Shown: positions 9,095 to 20,177, counted from the stretch's first letter. The stretch is 64,000 nucleotides of DNA from Candidatus Avanaerovorax faecigallinarum (GCA_019113145.1 DXHZ01000093.1:14670-78669); one strand, 5' to 3'. The notes: generated by a model from the sequence alone, not told the origin. Program-made: numbers and translations.

Positions 9095-11014
9095 ATGTTG
9101 AACTTTGACATTGACAAAATGCTGTTTACCGTTCCGCCATGCGACCACGCTCCGGACAAAGTGAGAGCCATTCTTGCCGAACATCCGGAGGTTCAGTACG
9201 CATCGCTGGTGGGAATAGACATAGGCGGTCACGATACTGATGAAAAGATACCTGTCAGGCTGTTCTGCGAGGACATGGACGAGCTTCTCACCTCCGGCGT
9301 TCAGACCGATGGCTCCAGCGTAGCCCTTCCCGGAATAGCGAAGCTTGACAACGCGAAAATAGACATCGTGCCGGACCTTTCGGCAAACTGGTATGTGGAC
9401 TATAACTTCAGAAACATCGACCCTAAGCTTGGACTGCCGGTGGGAACCTTAAGAATTCCGTCCTTCCTCATTCACAACGGAAGCTTTGAGTGCGGCTCCA
9501 GAGTAATGTTGAGAGACGCCCTGGACTATTTCAGAAAAGGACTTTTAGAGGCCCTTAAGGCTCATCCTTACGCTTTTAAGTACATAAACGGAATCGACAG
9601 CACAGACGACATAGATGAAATAATCATAACCAGCGCAACGGAGCTGGAATTCTGGGTAAAGACCCCAGACGACAAAGGCGACAGAGAGCAGCTCTTCACC
9701 GCTCAGGTTCTGAAGGAGCAGTACTGGAAGAGGACATACGGAGAGGTAAGAACGGCTCTCGAGGACACCCTTACCCTCCTCGAAAAATACGGCTTCGGCG
9801 TGGAAATGGGACATAAGGAGGTCGGAGGCGTAAAGGCCAAAATGGGTACCACCGGCCACTACGACCACGTTATGGAACAGCTGGAAATAGACTGGAAATA
9901 CGCAGACGCCATGCAGGCGGCCGACAACGAAAACCAGGTCAAGTACGTGGTGAGAGATATATTCACTATGCACGGCCTCGACGTTACATTTATGGCAAAG
10001 CCTTTTGAGGGCGTTGCGGGAAGCGGAGAGCACACCCACCTGGGACTTGCCGCAAAGCTGAAAAACGGCAAAACCGTCAGCCTGTTCGCTCCTTGCGACA
10101 TGACGAAGGACTTTATGAATCCGGTAGGCTACGGAGCCCTCATGGGAATCCTGAAGAACTACGAGGTTATAAATCCGTTCGTAAGCTCCTCCAACGACGC
10201 CATGAACAGGCTGAAGCCGGGATTTGAGGCCCCGGTTTGCATAGTTACGTCTTTGGGCCATTCGGCAAAGGAACCTTCCAGAAACAGAACAGTTCTGGCA
10301 GGACTCATAAGAGACGTGAACAACCCGATGGCTACACGCTTTGAGCTGAGAGCGCCTAACCCTAAGAGCAACACGTACCTGGTAATAGCCGCAGCGTACA
10401 TGGCGGCCCTTGACGGAATCAGAGCGGTTCTTTCCGCGGAGAAAACCCCGGAGGAACTTGAAAAGTCCATGTCCAAGAAGTACGGCGAAGAGGACTTCTA
10501 CCTGGAGAAGGACAGAGAGTACAGAAGCGAAAAGAATATCTTTACCGATTACACCCAGGAGGAAAGGGACAAGCTGTTCGGCAAGGCCCCTGCCACCGTC
10601 TGGGAAAACATATCGGCGTTTGATAAATATCCCGAGAAACTGGAGGTGTTTAAACAGGGCGATGTCATGACCGATATCTCCCTTGCATCCTTCAAGTCTC
10701 AGGTTCTTTCACAGTGGAGGACCGAGGTTCACGACCGCATAATTCCTCAGGATATGGCGGTGCTTCGCGACTGCCGGAAGGCTCATGCGGACGAGGACTT
10801 CTCCGACTACGACATAAAGAACTGGATAGAGATAGATAAAATCCGCCACGAGCTGGGGAAGGACACCATAACGGAAAAGTGTCTCCTGACCCGGTGCAAA
10901 GAGGCTATGGACGGAAGAGATTACGAGACGGCGTCCGATCTTCAGATAGAGATACAGAAGAAGATGAACGTGCTTAAAGATCTGTACGCAAGATATACCA
11001 AGAATATTCTTTAG
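9095..11014 (+). CDS. Glutamine synthetase family protein (large, type III-like)
   Basis: 639 aa. GS catalytic motifs are visible (GHKEVGG..., AGSGEHTHLGL, NRTVLAGLIRD..., TRFELRAPNPKSNTYL). Confidence 0.7.
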   Translation: MLNFDIDKMLFTVPPCDHAPDKVRAILAEHPEVQYASLVGIDIGGHDTDEKIPVRLFCEDMDELLTSGVQTDGSSVALPGIAKLDNAKIDIVPDLSANWYVDYNFRNIDPKLGLPVGTLRIPSFLIHNGSFECGSRVMLRDALDYFRKGLLEALKAHPYAFKYINGIDSTDDIDEIIITSATELEFWVKTPDDKGDREQLFTAQVLKEQYWKRTYGEVRTALEDTLTLLEKYGFGVEMGHKEVGGVKAKMGTTGHYDHVMEQLEIDWKYADAMQAADNENQVKYVVRDIFTMHGLDVTFMAKPFEGVAGSGEHTHLGLAAKLKNGKTVSLFAPCDMTKDFMNPVGYGALMGILKNYEVINPFVSSSNDAMNRLKPGFEAPVCIVTSLGHSAKEPSRNRTVLAGLIRDVNNPMATRFELRAPNPKSNTYLVIAAAYMAALDGIRAVLSAEKTPEELEKSMSKKYGEEDFYLEKDREYRSEKNIFTDYTQEERDKLFGKAPATVWENISAFDKYPEKLEVFKQGDVMTDISLASFKSQVLSQWRTEVHDRIIPQDMAVLRDCRKAHADEDFSDYDIKNWIEIDKIRHELGKDTITEKCLLTRCKEAMDGRDYETASDLQIEIQKKMNVLKDLYARYTKNIL

Positions 11015-11024
11015 ACAACATTAG

Positions 11025-12317
<1,293 letters not shown>

Positions 12318-12335
12318 AAGACAGATAGACGAAGC

Positions 12336-12378
12336 AGGCCCTGCACCCCTTGAAGCGGTGCAGGGCCTTTCTGCTTTT
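12336..12378 (+). terminator. Rho-independent terminator after serS
   Basis: 12-bp perfect stem AGGCCCTGCACC / GGTGCAGGGCCT with a 9-nt loop, followed by TTCTGCTTTT. Confidence 0.75.
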
Positions 12379-12539
12379 GACGCCCGCCGGCGCCCGCCAA
12401 GTGCTCGCCGCCTCCGCCGCCCCGCCTCATCGGCCGACGTGTCCGTCCCCATGCATAGCGCCTCAGTATCATTTCAACACAACTCGCGCTCTACTGCTAC
12501 CATTTCAACCCTTATTGCCGTTTATTTGATTTTGTTTTA

Positions 12540-12690
12540 CCGATTTTATACTTTTTTACGGTGCTTACCGGATTTGGTAGAAGATTTTGCTTCGGGGCAG
12601 GCCGGAAGACGTCTTTGCGAAGGTAAAAAGTAAACCAAATCGAGGCTTACGGAGCGTCTGGTAGAATTTCGTTCTACCAGATCAAGCTTT
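12540..12690. repeat. Intergenic hairpin-word array (words TACCG/GGTAG, CTGGTAGAA/TTCTACCAG)
   Basis: Perfect 9-bp hairpin CTGGTAGAA (12658-12666) / TTCTACCAG (12672-12680). Related words are flanked by A/T runs. Confidence 0.5.
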
Positions 12691-12837
12691 CACTTGAAAA
12701 AAGTTTAACACGTGCTGTGCAACTGATTCGGCAGACTGTTTTTAAAAAGAAATAATACCAATAAAAGATTGATTTATGAAATAAATGGAAGTATAATTTT
12801 ACCAACCGGCTAAAGCGATTGTGGAAATGGGGTATGT

Positions 12838-13632
12838 ATGAACATAAAATCTATTATCAGGCAGGAACTGGAGCGAAATATCGAGGCAAGAGAGGAACTT
12901 GAGCAAAGACTGAACACTTTGCCAGAGGGCAGACTGCGTGCATGTCAAAAAGCGGGAGGCGTATATTACACGTATATCACCGAGACCGGGGAAAGGTATC
13001 TTGGAAAACGCAAACCGGAACTGGTCGGGCAGATTAAAGAGAGAAAATACGCCGAAACCGCGCTTGAGGTGGTTACGACGAACGTGAAATATCTGCGGGC
13101 CCTGTATGAGAACTATCGGCCGTTCGGAACCGGAGAAATTGTCGAGATGCTTCCTGAAACATATCGTATTGAAACGACTGAAACGGGCGTATTCAACGGA
13201 AGGTATACCGATACCAGGGCGTGGGAGAATGCTCCGTATCCAAAGCGGGTGGAATGGGACCCTGAGCGCAAAGCGCCCGGACACGTAACTCTTAAAGGGG
13301 ATTCGGTCCGGAGCAAGTCGGAGCTCAGTATCGCAAATATGCTTTACAGCAAAGGAATTCCATATCGGTACGAGCAGGAGATACAGGTTGACGGAATCTA
13401 TATTTGTCCGGATTTCATCGTTTACGTGAAGACCGAGAATAAGGTGAAGATTCTCGAGCACTGCGGAATGATGTTTGATCGCGGGTATCAGGCAGACTAC
13501 GCGCGAAAGGTTGCAACGTACATTGCGGGCGGATATATGCCTGAACGCGACGTCTTCTTTACCTATGACGACAAAGACGGCAACCTTGACACCCGTCTCA
13601 TAGAAAAAATAATTGAAGAAAACTTCAGGTAA
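12838..13632 (+). CDS. Hypothetical protein with coiled-coil N-terminus and restriction-endonuclease-like (Vsr/DUF559-like) C-terminal domain
   Basis: 264 aa. The C-terminal pattern SKSELSIANMLYSKGIPYRYEQ...ICPDFIVYVKTENKVKILEHCG follows the E...PD...(D/E)xK-like order of REase-fold nucleases. The plus strand was chosen over the mirror ORF because its composition is protein-like. Confidence 0.5.
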   Translation: MNIKSIIRQELERNIEAREELEQRLNTLPEGRLRACQKAGGVYYTYITETGERYLGKRKPELVGQIKERKYAETALEVVTTNVKYLRALYENYRPFGTGEIVEMLPETYRIETTETGVFNGRYTDTRAWENAPYPKRVEWDPERKAPGHVTLKGDSVRSKSELSIANMLYSKGIPYRYEQEIQVDGIYICPDFIVYVKTENKVKILEHCGMMFDRGYQADYARKVATYIAGGYMPERDVFFTYDDKDGNLDTRLIEKIIEENFR

Positions 13633-13674
13633 AGCTGACACAAGGCGATTTTTTTCGGAAAGTCATGCGCCCGC

Positions 13675-14259
13675 CTACTTGCAGAACCCTTTCAGAAACG
13701 GCGGCAGCATCATGGACGAGTACTGACAGAGGGAGTAGTTTCCGTTGCACAGACACCAGTCGTACATGAGACCACGCTCAAAGACGGCGTATGCCTTGGT
13801 GATGTCGTTGATGGAAAGCTCATCTCTGAATATGCCCTTCTGCTGGCCCTCTATGGTTATCTGGCGGAGGAGCTTGTAGTATGTGCGGCTGGGCTCCAGA
13901 AGGTGGCGCTCACCCTTTGTCACGAGCTGCGAGGCGAAGAGCTGAGACAGAAGCGAAACGGAGACGGTGTTTTCTATCATCATAAATAGCTCCTGATTCA
14001 TATACACCAGCTTATCAAGAGGCGAAAGAGCCGGATCCATGGTATCCATGAGCTCCTCGTACTTCTCGTCAAAGAGATATGAAAGGGAAGTTAGAAGGTC
14101 GTCTTTTGAGGTGAAGTAATGGTAGAAGGAGCCTCTGGACGTCCCGGAAGCCTCGACTATCTCGTCTATGGTTGTATCGTCGTAGCCCTGCTGGTAGAAA
14201 AGCTGCCACGCTGCCGATACGATTTTCCCCTTAGTGTTGCGGTCGTTTTTCTTTTTCAT
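13675..14259 (-). CDS. TetR/AcrR family transcriptional regulator
   Basis: Start MKKKNDRNTKGKIV with a GGAGG RBS. The HTH is TTIDEIVEASGTSRGSFYHYFTSKDDLL. Confidence 0.88.
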   Translation of the reverse strand: MKKKNDRNTKGKIVSAAWQLFYQQGYDDTTIDEIVEASGTSRGSFYHYFTSKDDLLTSLSYLFDEKYEELMDTMDPALSPLDKLVYMNQELFMMIENTVSVSLLSQLFASQLVTKGERHLLEPSRTYYKLLRQITIEGQQKGIFRDELSINDITKAYAVFERGLMYDWCLCNGNYSLCQYSSMMLPPFLKGFCK

Positions 14260-14479
14260 TGAGTCCCTCCGACAAAATCTGTAAAGTTTTATTTTTAATA
14301 CAAAATAGTGTATAGAATATAGTATAGTATTAAATCGTTTGAATTTCAAGCAAAAGAAGCATATAATCAGATTATATTACACTGTATTGTACATATTATA
14401 TTCTGTATTTCATTCCTTAAAATCCTGTGATAGAATATGGCAGTAAATCAGAACAGATATCAGAAAGAGGCGATAACCG

Positions 14480-15574
14480 ATGGCTTTTAAATTACCTAAG
14501 TACATAGAACTTGACTTTACTCAGGAGAAATTTGTGAATGCGCCGGAGGCGACGCTTATCGCGTCTCCGAGAGATAAATCCGCACCGGACAACTTCCATG
14601 CGACTTCTATTTTTCCGGAATACTTCAAGATAAACGGTCAGTGGCTCCTCGCCGAGGACACCCGAATGGACTGCGTCGCCGTGTACGAAGACGGAAAGAT
14701 TCACGTGAGGGAATTCAGAAACGTGAAACAGGGCGATATGGTCGTGGTGGGAAGAACGGAGGACTGCGAGGACGGAATCTACGTTCACACAGACTGCTTT
14801 GAATCGGATAAGAAAAAGGAAGCTCAGGCTTTTGCGTTTAGACAGAGCAGAACCAGAGAGACGGCATTCAGCTACGACTACGCCAATCTCATAGAACTTT
14901 TAAAGCACGAGAAGGAGACGGGCGGATATGTAGTATGGGTTATGGGGCCTGCGTGCTCCTTCGACTATACCGCAAGGGAAAATTTCTCGAAGCTCATAGA
15001 AAACGGATATGTAAATGCGCTTCTTGCGGGAAACGCTTTAGCTACTCACGATTTGGAAGGAGCCCTTCTGGGCACCGCATTAGGGCAGGATATAAAGACC
15101 CAGGAACCGCATCCCAACGGTCATTATAACCACCTTGAGGCCATAAATCTCATAAACAGATACGGCTCTATTCCGGAATTCATAAAGCAGGAACATATAG
15201 ACAACGGCATAATTTACAGTTGCGTGAAAAACGACGTGCCTTTTGTCTTAAACGGCTCCATCAGAGACGACGGACCGCTGCCTGAGGTTTACGAGCACAC
15301 CTATGTGGGCCAGGACACCATCAGATCTCACGTCAGAAAGGCCACCACGGTCATAGGTATGGCGACGGTGCTTCACACCATAGCCACCGGAAACATGACC
15401 CCGACCTACAGGGTGCTGGCGGACGGAACCGTAAGGCCGGTGTACTTCTACATGGTGGACACTTCGGACTTTGCGGCCAGCAAGCTGGGAGACAGAGGAA
15501 GCCTCTCGGCAAAAGGCATAGTAACCAACGTACAGGATTTTCTCTCTAACGTTACAAAGGGACTCGGACTTTAA
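14480..15574 (+). CDS. LOR/SDH-conserved-domain (TIGR00300-like, ornithine cyclodeaminase/deoxyhypusine-synthase-fold) family protein
   Basis: 364 aa. Recalled signature GPACSF...LLAGNALATHDLEGALLGTALG...VLNGSIRDDGPLPEV. The family assignment is from memory only. Confidence 0.5.
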   Translation: MAFKLPKYIELDFTQEKFVNAPEATLIASPRDKSAPDNFHATSIFPEYFKINGQWLLAEDTRMDCVAVYEDGKIHVREFRNVKQGDMVVVGRTEDCEDGIYVHTDCFESDKKKEAQAFAFRQSRTRETAFSYDYANLIELLKHEKETGGYVVWVMGPACSFDYTARENFSKLIENGYVNALLAGNALATHDLEGALLGTALGQDIKTQEPHPNGHYNHLEAINLINRYGSIPEFIKQEHIDNGIIYSCVKNDVPFVLNGSIRDDGPLPEVYEHTYVGQDTIRSHVRKATTVIGMATVLHTIATGNMTPTYRVLADGTVRPVYFYMVDTSDFAASKLGDRGSLSAKGIVTNVQDFLSNVTKGLGL

Positions 15575-15595
15575 TCTCCGGGTCCCTTTCGTGTA
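15556..15595 (+). terminator. Hairpin overlapping the stop of the LOR/SDH-like gene
   Basis: AAAGGGAC (15556-15563) pairs with GTCCCTTT (15582-15589). The T-run is weak. Confidence 0.4.
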
Positions 15596-15746
15596 TGATA
15601 TTATTTTTGTTCATTTACAGGTGGATAGCATTATTTATTTGTTTGGACTTTTTTCACGTGGGGAAAATGTTATAATAAAGTAAACATGAAAAGAAAAACA
15701 ACAAGGATAGTGTTACTTCAGAGAAATTAGCAGTGCGGGGTGCATT

Positions 15747-16079
15747 ATGAAAAATTTAATTTCGAAAGTGCTACTTCAGATTATATTAATTACAGTCTTT
15801 TCGACCATCGTCAGCCTGATTATTTGTGTCCTGCTGCCTTTCGAGAAAAGGGCTGTTTTTTTGATTGTATTTTCGCTTCTGCTTGGACCATACCTGATAA
15901 ATCAAAAGTCTTTATCTAAAAAACAAAAGACAATCACTGCGATTATCATACTGTTTTTATGTGAAATGTATCTATATATTTCTTCAGGCATGTGCACGGA
16001 ACTCGCAATCCTGGCTGTAATTTGGATTGTATTTATAGTTGCCAATGCATTTAATTTGTTTTCTTCAAGTTCAAAATAA
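15747..16079 (+). CDS. Small integral membrane protein (hypothetical)
   Basis: 110 aa with 3-4 hydrophobic helices, in a visibly AT-rich segment. No recognisable family. Confidence 0.45.
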   Translation: MKNLISKVLLQIILITVFSTIVSLIICVLLPFEKRAVFLIVFSLLLGPYLINQKSLSKKQKTITAIIILFLCEMYLYISSGMCTELAILAVIWIVFIVANAFNLFSSSSK

Positions 16080-16111
16080 TGTTATCGAATTTATATTGTA
16101 ATATAATCACT

Positions 16112-16153
16112 GACCCGGGAAAGCACACAGAATGATATCCCGGGTCCCTTTTC
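16112..16153 (+). terminator. Rho-independent terminator
   Basis: Perfect 9-bp stem GACCCGGGA / TCCCGGGTC with a 17-nt loop, followed by CCTTTTC. Confidence 0.55.
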
Positions 16154-16226
16154 AAATGGCCCGGCGTGATATATAATGTGTAGTATTCGGTATATATAAG
16201 GCACACACGAGGCGGGGAGCGTATTT

Positions 16227-17072
16227 ATGTCGAAAATCGTCAAGGAAACCATACACGCAAAGGGTATTGACATTGGTATATACACTTCAGATTTTGAAAG
16301 TGAATTCATTTCGCTGACGGATATTGCAAAATATAAAAACGAAGATGATCCGAGGTTTGTAATTCAGAACTGGATGCGAAACAGAAACACGATTGAGTTT
16401 CTGGGTGTCTGGGAAGAACTGCACAATCCTGATTTTAACCGTGTGCAATTCGAGGCGGTTAAAAATGAGGCCGGGCTGAACCGGTTTGTGATGACACCTA
16501 CAAAATGGATTACACAGATGAATTCCATAGGTATAGTATCTAAATCAGGACGCTATGGCGGAACCTATGCCCACAGCGATATTGCAATGGCATTCGCAAC
16601 CTGGATTTCTCCGGAGTTCCAGCTGTACATTATGAAAGATTACAGGAGATTAAAGGCTGATGAGAACAGCCGTCTGTCGCTGAGCTGGAACTTAAACAGA
16701 GAGATTTCAAAGTTAAACTACAGAATACACACCGATGCCATAAAGGAGAACCTGATTCCACCGGAGCTGACACCTTCACAGAAGGCCTATACATATGCGA
16801 GCGAGGCGGATATGCTGAACGTTGTCCTCTTTGGCAAGACATCGAAGCAGTGGAAGGATGAAAATCCCGAAGCTAAAGGAAATATGAGGGACGCAGCGAC
16901 CCTGAATCAATTACTGGTACTTGCGAACCTGGAAAGTTACAATGCCGTTTTAATAAATCAGGGGAAGAACCAGCAGGAGAGAATGGAACTGCTCAGGCAG
17001 TTAGCGGTGCATCAGCTGCGGACATTGGAAACGGTGGGTCTGGCCAACCTGCCTGATTTGGCGAAAAAGTAG
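16227..17072 (+). CDS. KilA-N domain-containing protein
   Basis: Reads FISLTDIAKYKN...RFVIQNWMRNRNTIEFLGVWE...GRYGGTYAHSDIAMAFATWISPEFQLYIMKDY, which matches the KilA-N DNA-binding domain. Confidence 0.8.
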   Translation: MSKIVKETIHAKGIDIGIYTSDFESEFISLTDIAKYKNEDDPRFVIQNWMRNRNTIEFLGVWEELHNPDFNRVQFEAVKNEAGLNRFVMTPTKWITQMNSIGIVSKSGRYGGTYAHSDIAMAFATWISPEFQLYIMKDYRRLKADENSRLSLSWNLNREISKLNYRIHTDAIKENLIPPELTPSQKAYTYASEADMLNVVLFGKTSKQWKDENPEAKGNMRDAATLNQLLVLANLESYNAVLINQGKNQQERMELLRQLAVHQLRTLETVGLANLPDLAKK

Positions 17073-17102
17073 GCGCCGTGAAGCGACAACTAAACGACAG
17101 TA

Positions 17103-18659
17103 ATGACACATGAGGAGAGACATAAATTGAAGACAATCAAAAAAGTATTGGGAACCGTATTCAACCGCTTTTTCATAATGGTGCTGCTCATCATGATACA
17201 GTTCGGCTGGATAGCGGTGAAATTAGTGGAGCTTGCGGACTACTCGCAGGTGATAACCGTCATATTCACGGTGATTTCGGCGATTATGGCGCTTTTTGTC
17301 GTGTACAGAAACGACAACCCGGCGTACAAAATGGGCTGGGTTCTGCTCATATGCCTTCTGCCGGTTCTGGGTGCCACCATGTACCTGTTCTTCGGTAACA
17401 AGCGGCCGTCGAGGACTATAAGAAAGAAGGTATATCCCGTGGAGCATGCCCACCGCGACGACGCAAGGCAGGAGATGCCTTTGATAGAGGAAAAGGACGT
17501 CCGCGTGAGGAAGACCATGGAGTATATCTCAAAGTTCGGCCCGTACCCTGCGTGGAAGAACACGTCGACCCGCTACTATAAATCCGGGGAGGACGCTTTT
17601 GTGGATATGCTGGAGGACCTTGAAAAGGCGGAGCACTTCATTTTCCTTGAATACTTCATCGTCGGCACCGGCAAAATGTGGAACAAAATCTTCAGGATTC
17701 TGAAGAGAAAAGCCGCCGCCGGCGTGGACGTAAGATTCATATATGACGACTTCGGAAGCATACAGAAGGTGCCAATTACCTTTGCGGCCCACCTTGAGAA
17801 AAACGGAATCAAGGTTCTGCCTTTCAACCCGGTAAAGCCCATAGCGTCGCTTGTTTACAACAACAGAGACCACCGCAAGATTCTCGTCGTTGACGGATAC
17901 ATCGGCTATTCCGGAGGCTTCAACCTTGCGGACGAATATATAAACGAAGAGGAAAGATTCGGCTACTGGAAGGACACCGGAGTGCGCCTTGAGGGCGACG
18001 CCGTGTGGAACTACACCTTTATGTTCCTGAACCTCTGGAACGCATACAGAAAGACGGAGGACGACTACAGCATGTTCCGTCCTTACATATACGGCCCGAA
18101 GAAGCAGGAAAGCGATGGAATCGTTCAGCCTTACTCCGACTCCCCTCTTGACGACGAGAACCTGGGCGAAAACGTCTATCTGGAGATTGTAAACCGGGCC
18201 ACGGATTATCTCTACATTTTCACGCCGTACCTTATAGTCGACAGCGAGATGATGACCTGTCTGCAGCTTGCCTCAAAGCGCGGTGTGGACGTGAGAATCG
18301 TGACACCTGCCATTCCGGACAAGAAGATAGTTTTCAGGCTGACCCGCTCCTACTATCGGCCTCTCATCAAAGCCGGCATAAGGATTTATGAGTTCACGCC
18401 CGGCTTCATACACGCCAAAAGCTTCATCTCAGACGACAAAGTCGGCGTAGTCGGCTCCATAAACGTGGACTACCGCAGCCTGTTCCTGCACTTTGAGTGC
18501 GGCACCCTCATGTCCGGGTGCAGCGCTTTGTCCGGTCTGAAGCAGGACTGCCTCGACACCTTCGACGTCTCTAAGGAGATAGGGCTTGAGGATACGAGGA
18601 CGAGCTTTATAGGAATACTTTTCGACAGCGTGCTCAGACTTTTGAGCCCGCTCATGTAG
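17103..18659 (+). CDS. cls: Cardiolipin synthase
   Basis: Two N-terminal TM helices and two HKD motifs (NNRDHRKILVVDG and IHAKSFISDDKVGVVGSINVD). Confidence 0.92.
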   Translation: MTHEERHKLKTIKKVLGTVFNRFFIMVLLIMIQFGWIAVKLVELADYSQVITVIFTVISAIMALFVVYRNDNPAYKMGWVLLICLLPVLGATMYLFFGNKRPSRTIRKKVYPVEHAHRDDARQEMPLIEEKDVRVRKTMEYISKFGPYPAWKNTSTRYYKSGEDAFVDMLEDLEKAEHFIFLEYFIVGTGKMWNKIFRILKRKAAAGVDVRFIYDDFGSIQKVPITFAAHLEKNGIKVLPFNPVKPIASLVYNNRDHRKILVVDGYIGYSGGFNLADEYINEEERFGYWKDTGVRLEGDAVWNYTFMFLNLWNAYRKTEDDYSMFRPYIYGPKKQESDGIVQPYSDSPLDDENLGENVYLEIVNRATDYLYIFTPYLIVDSEMMTCLQLASKRGVDVRIVTPAIPDKKIVFRLTRSYYRPLIKAGIRIYEFTPGFIHAKSFISDDKVGVVGSINVDYRSLFLHFECGTLMSGCSALSGLKQDCLDTFDVSKEIGLEDTRTSFIGILFDSVLRLLSPLM

Positions 18660-18671
18660 GGAGGACAAAAG

Positions 18672-20177
18672 GTGAACACGAGAGAGACCCTTACGGCTTT
18701 TCTGGAGGAGCACCGGAAAGAGAACCCGGTTTCCTTTCATATGCCGGGCCACAAAGGCCGCAGGTTTTACGAGAAATACGCGCCGGAGGCCGCAGCGCTT
18801 TTTGACAGATCGCCCGATTACGATATAACTGAAATTCCGGGCGCCGACAACCTTTTCCAGCCGGAAACCGTAATACGCCGGGTTATGGACAGGTACCGCA
18901 GCCTCTACGAAAGCCGGGAGACCTATCTTCTGGTAAACGGCAGCAGCGCGGGGCTCATGGCGGCGATTCTTACGGCCGTTCCCCAGGGCGGAAAGCTCAT
19001 TATGGCGCGAAACTGTCATAAGTCTGTGTTCAACGGCGCAAGGCTCGGAGGAATAACGCCGGTGTACGCGTGGCCGGAGATAATAGAGGAGTACGGAATC
19101 TGCGGCGAGGTAACGGCGGAAGAAGTGGAAAGAGCCGTTTCGGAGGCTCCGGAGGCGTCGGCTGTTCTCGTAACCAGCCCCAACTACTACGGAATTTGCA
19201 GCGACATAGAGACCATCGCCCGTGTCGCCCACAGCCACGGAATGGTTCTCATAGTGGATCAGGCCCACGGAGCGCATCTGCCGTTTATGAACAAAAAACT
19301 TGCGGCGGAAGCGGGCGGCGCTGACATCGTCATAGACAGCACCCACAAGACTCTCGCGTCCTTCACCCAGACCGCCATAGCCAACATCTGCTCGGACAGA
19401 GTCGACCCTGACGTTTTTCAGGACAGACTTCAGATGCTGGAAAGCACCAGCCCTTCATATATCCTCATGGCGAGCCTGGATTTAAACGCTCAGATTCTGG
19501 AAAGCCGCGGCGCGGAGCTGATGGAGCAGTGGCGGGAGAACCTCACGTACTTCTACCGCAGGTACAAAGAAATCCACGGACTTTCCCTGATGACCCACCC
19601 GGCTCTTGACCCAACGAAGCTGAATCTGGATATGAGCGCCCTCGGACTTACGGGAGCGGACCTTGAGGACGAGCTCATAAAGCGCGGAATATATACGGAG
19701 CTTACGACGGGCAATATCGCCATGGCCATGACGGGAATCGGAAACGACAAAACCGACTACGACAGGCTCCTTGCCGCCCTTGCCGAAATCTCCGAAAACG
19801 CAGCGGCGACGGCCACGGCGGCATCAGGCGCAGCGGAGGGCGCATCTGCAACAGGCGACGCGGCGGCAGCCGTTTCATGCGAATCGCTTAATCACGATAT
19901 GAACGGAGTCTGCGGCCTGAGCTGCATAAAACGGCAGGCATACAGCCATAAACCCGAGACGGCCAGCGTCCCCGACAAAACTGAGCCGGTTCACTACACA
20001 GAGGCCGCAGGCCGTATAAGCGCAGGACTTATCATTCCGTATCCGCCGGGAATACCTCTGGTGTGTCCCGGTGAAGTTATGGAGGAAAGTGTTCTTCGCT
20101 ACGCATTTGAACTGAGAAGGCAGGGAGAAAAGGTCATAGGAATGACGGCTGACGGCTTTGTCAGAGCAGGGTTATAA
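18672..20177 (+). CDS. Orn/Lys/Arg decarboxylase family PLP-dependent enzyme
   Basis: GTG start. Motifs are FHMPGHKG and DSTHKTL (PLP lysine), plus the C-terminal decarboxylase domain (PYPPGIPLVCPGE). An Ala-rich insert sits near residue 380. Confidence 0.85.
   Translation: MNTRETLTAFLEEHRKENPVSFHMPGHKGRRFYEKYAPEAAALFDRSPDYDITEIPGADNLFQPETVIRRVMDRYRSLYESRETYLLVNGSSAGLMAAILTAVPQGGKLIMARNCHKSVFNGARLGGITPVYAWPEIIEEYGICGEVTAEEVERAVSEAPEASAVLVTSPNYYGICSDIETIARVAHSHGMVLIVDQAHGAHLPFMNKKLAAEAGGADIVIDSTHKTLASFTQTAIANICSDRVDPDVFQDRLQMLESTSPSYILMASLDLNAQILESRGAELMEQWRENLTYFYRRYKEIHGLSLMTHPALDPTKLNLDMSALGLTGADLEDELIKRGIYTELTTGNIAMAMTGIGNDKTDYDRLLAALAEISENAAATATAASGAAEGASATGDAAAAVSCESLNHDMNGVCGLSCIKRQAYSHKPETASVPDKTEPVHYTEAAGRISAGLIIPYPPGIPLVCPGEVMEESVLRYAFELRRQGEKVIGMTADGFVRAGL

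Noticed and set aside
12799-13641. 280-aa minus-strand ORF mirroring the 12838-13632 plus-strand ORF
   Set aside because: The plus-strand product has protein-like charge distribution, a coiled coil and a nuclease-like motif. The minus-strand product is Phe/Arg/Ile-rich with no features. The strand choice is still less certain than elsewhere.
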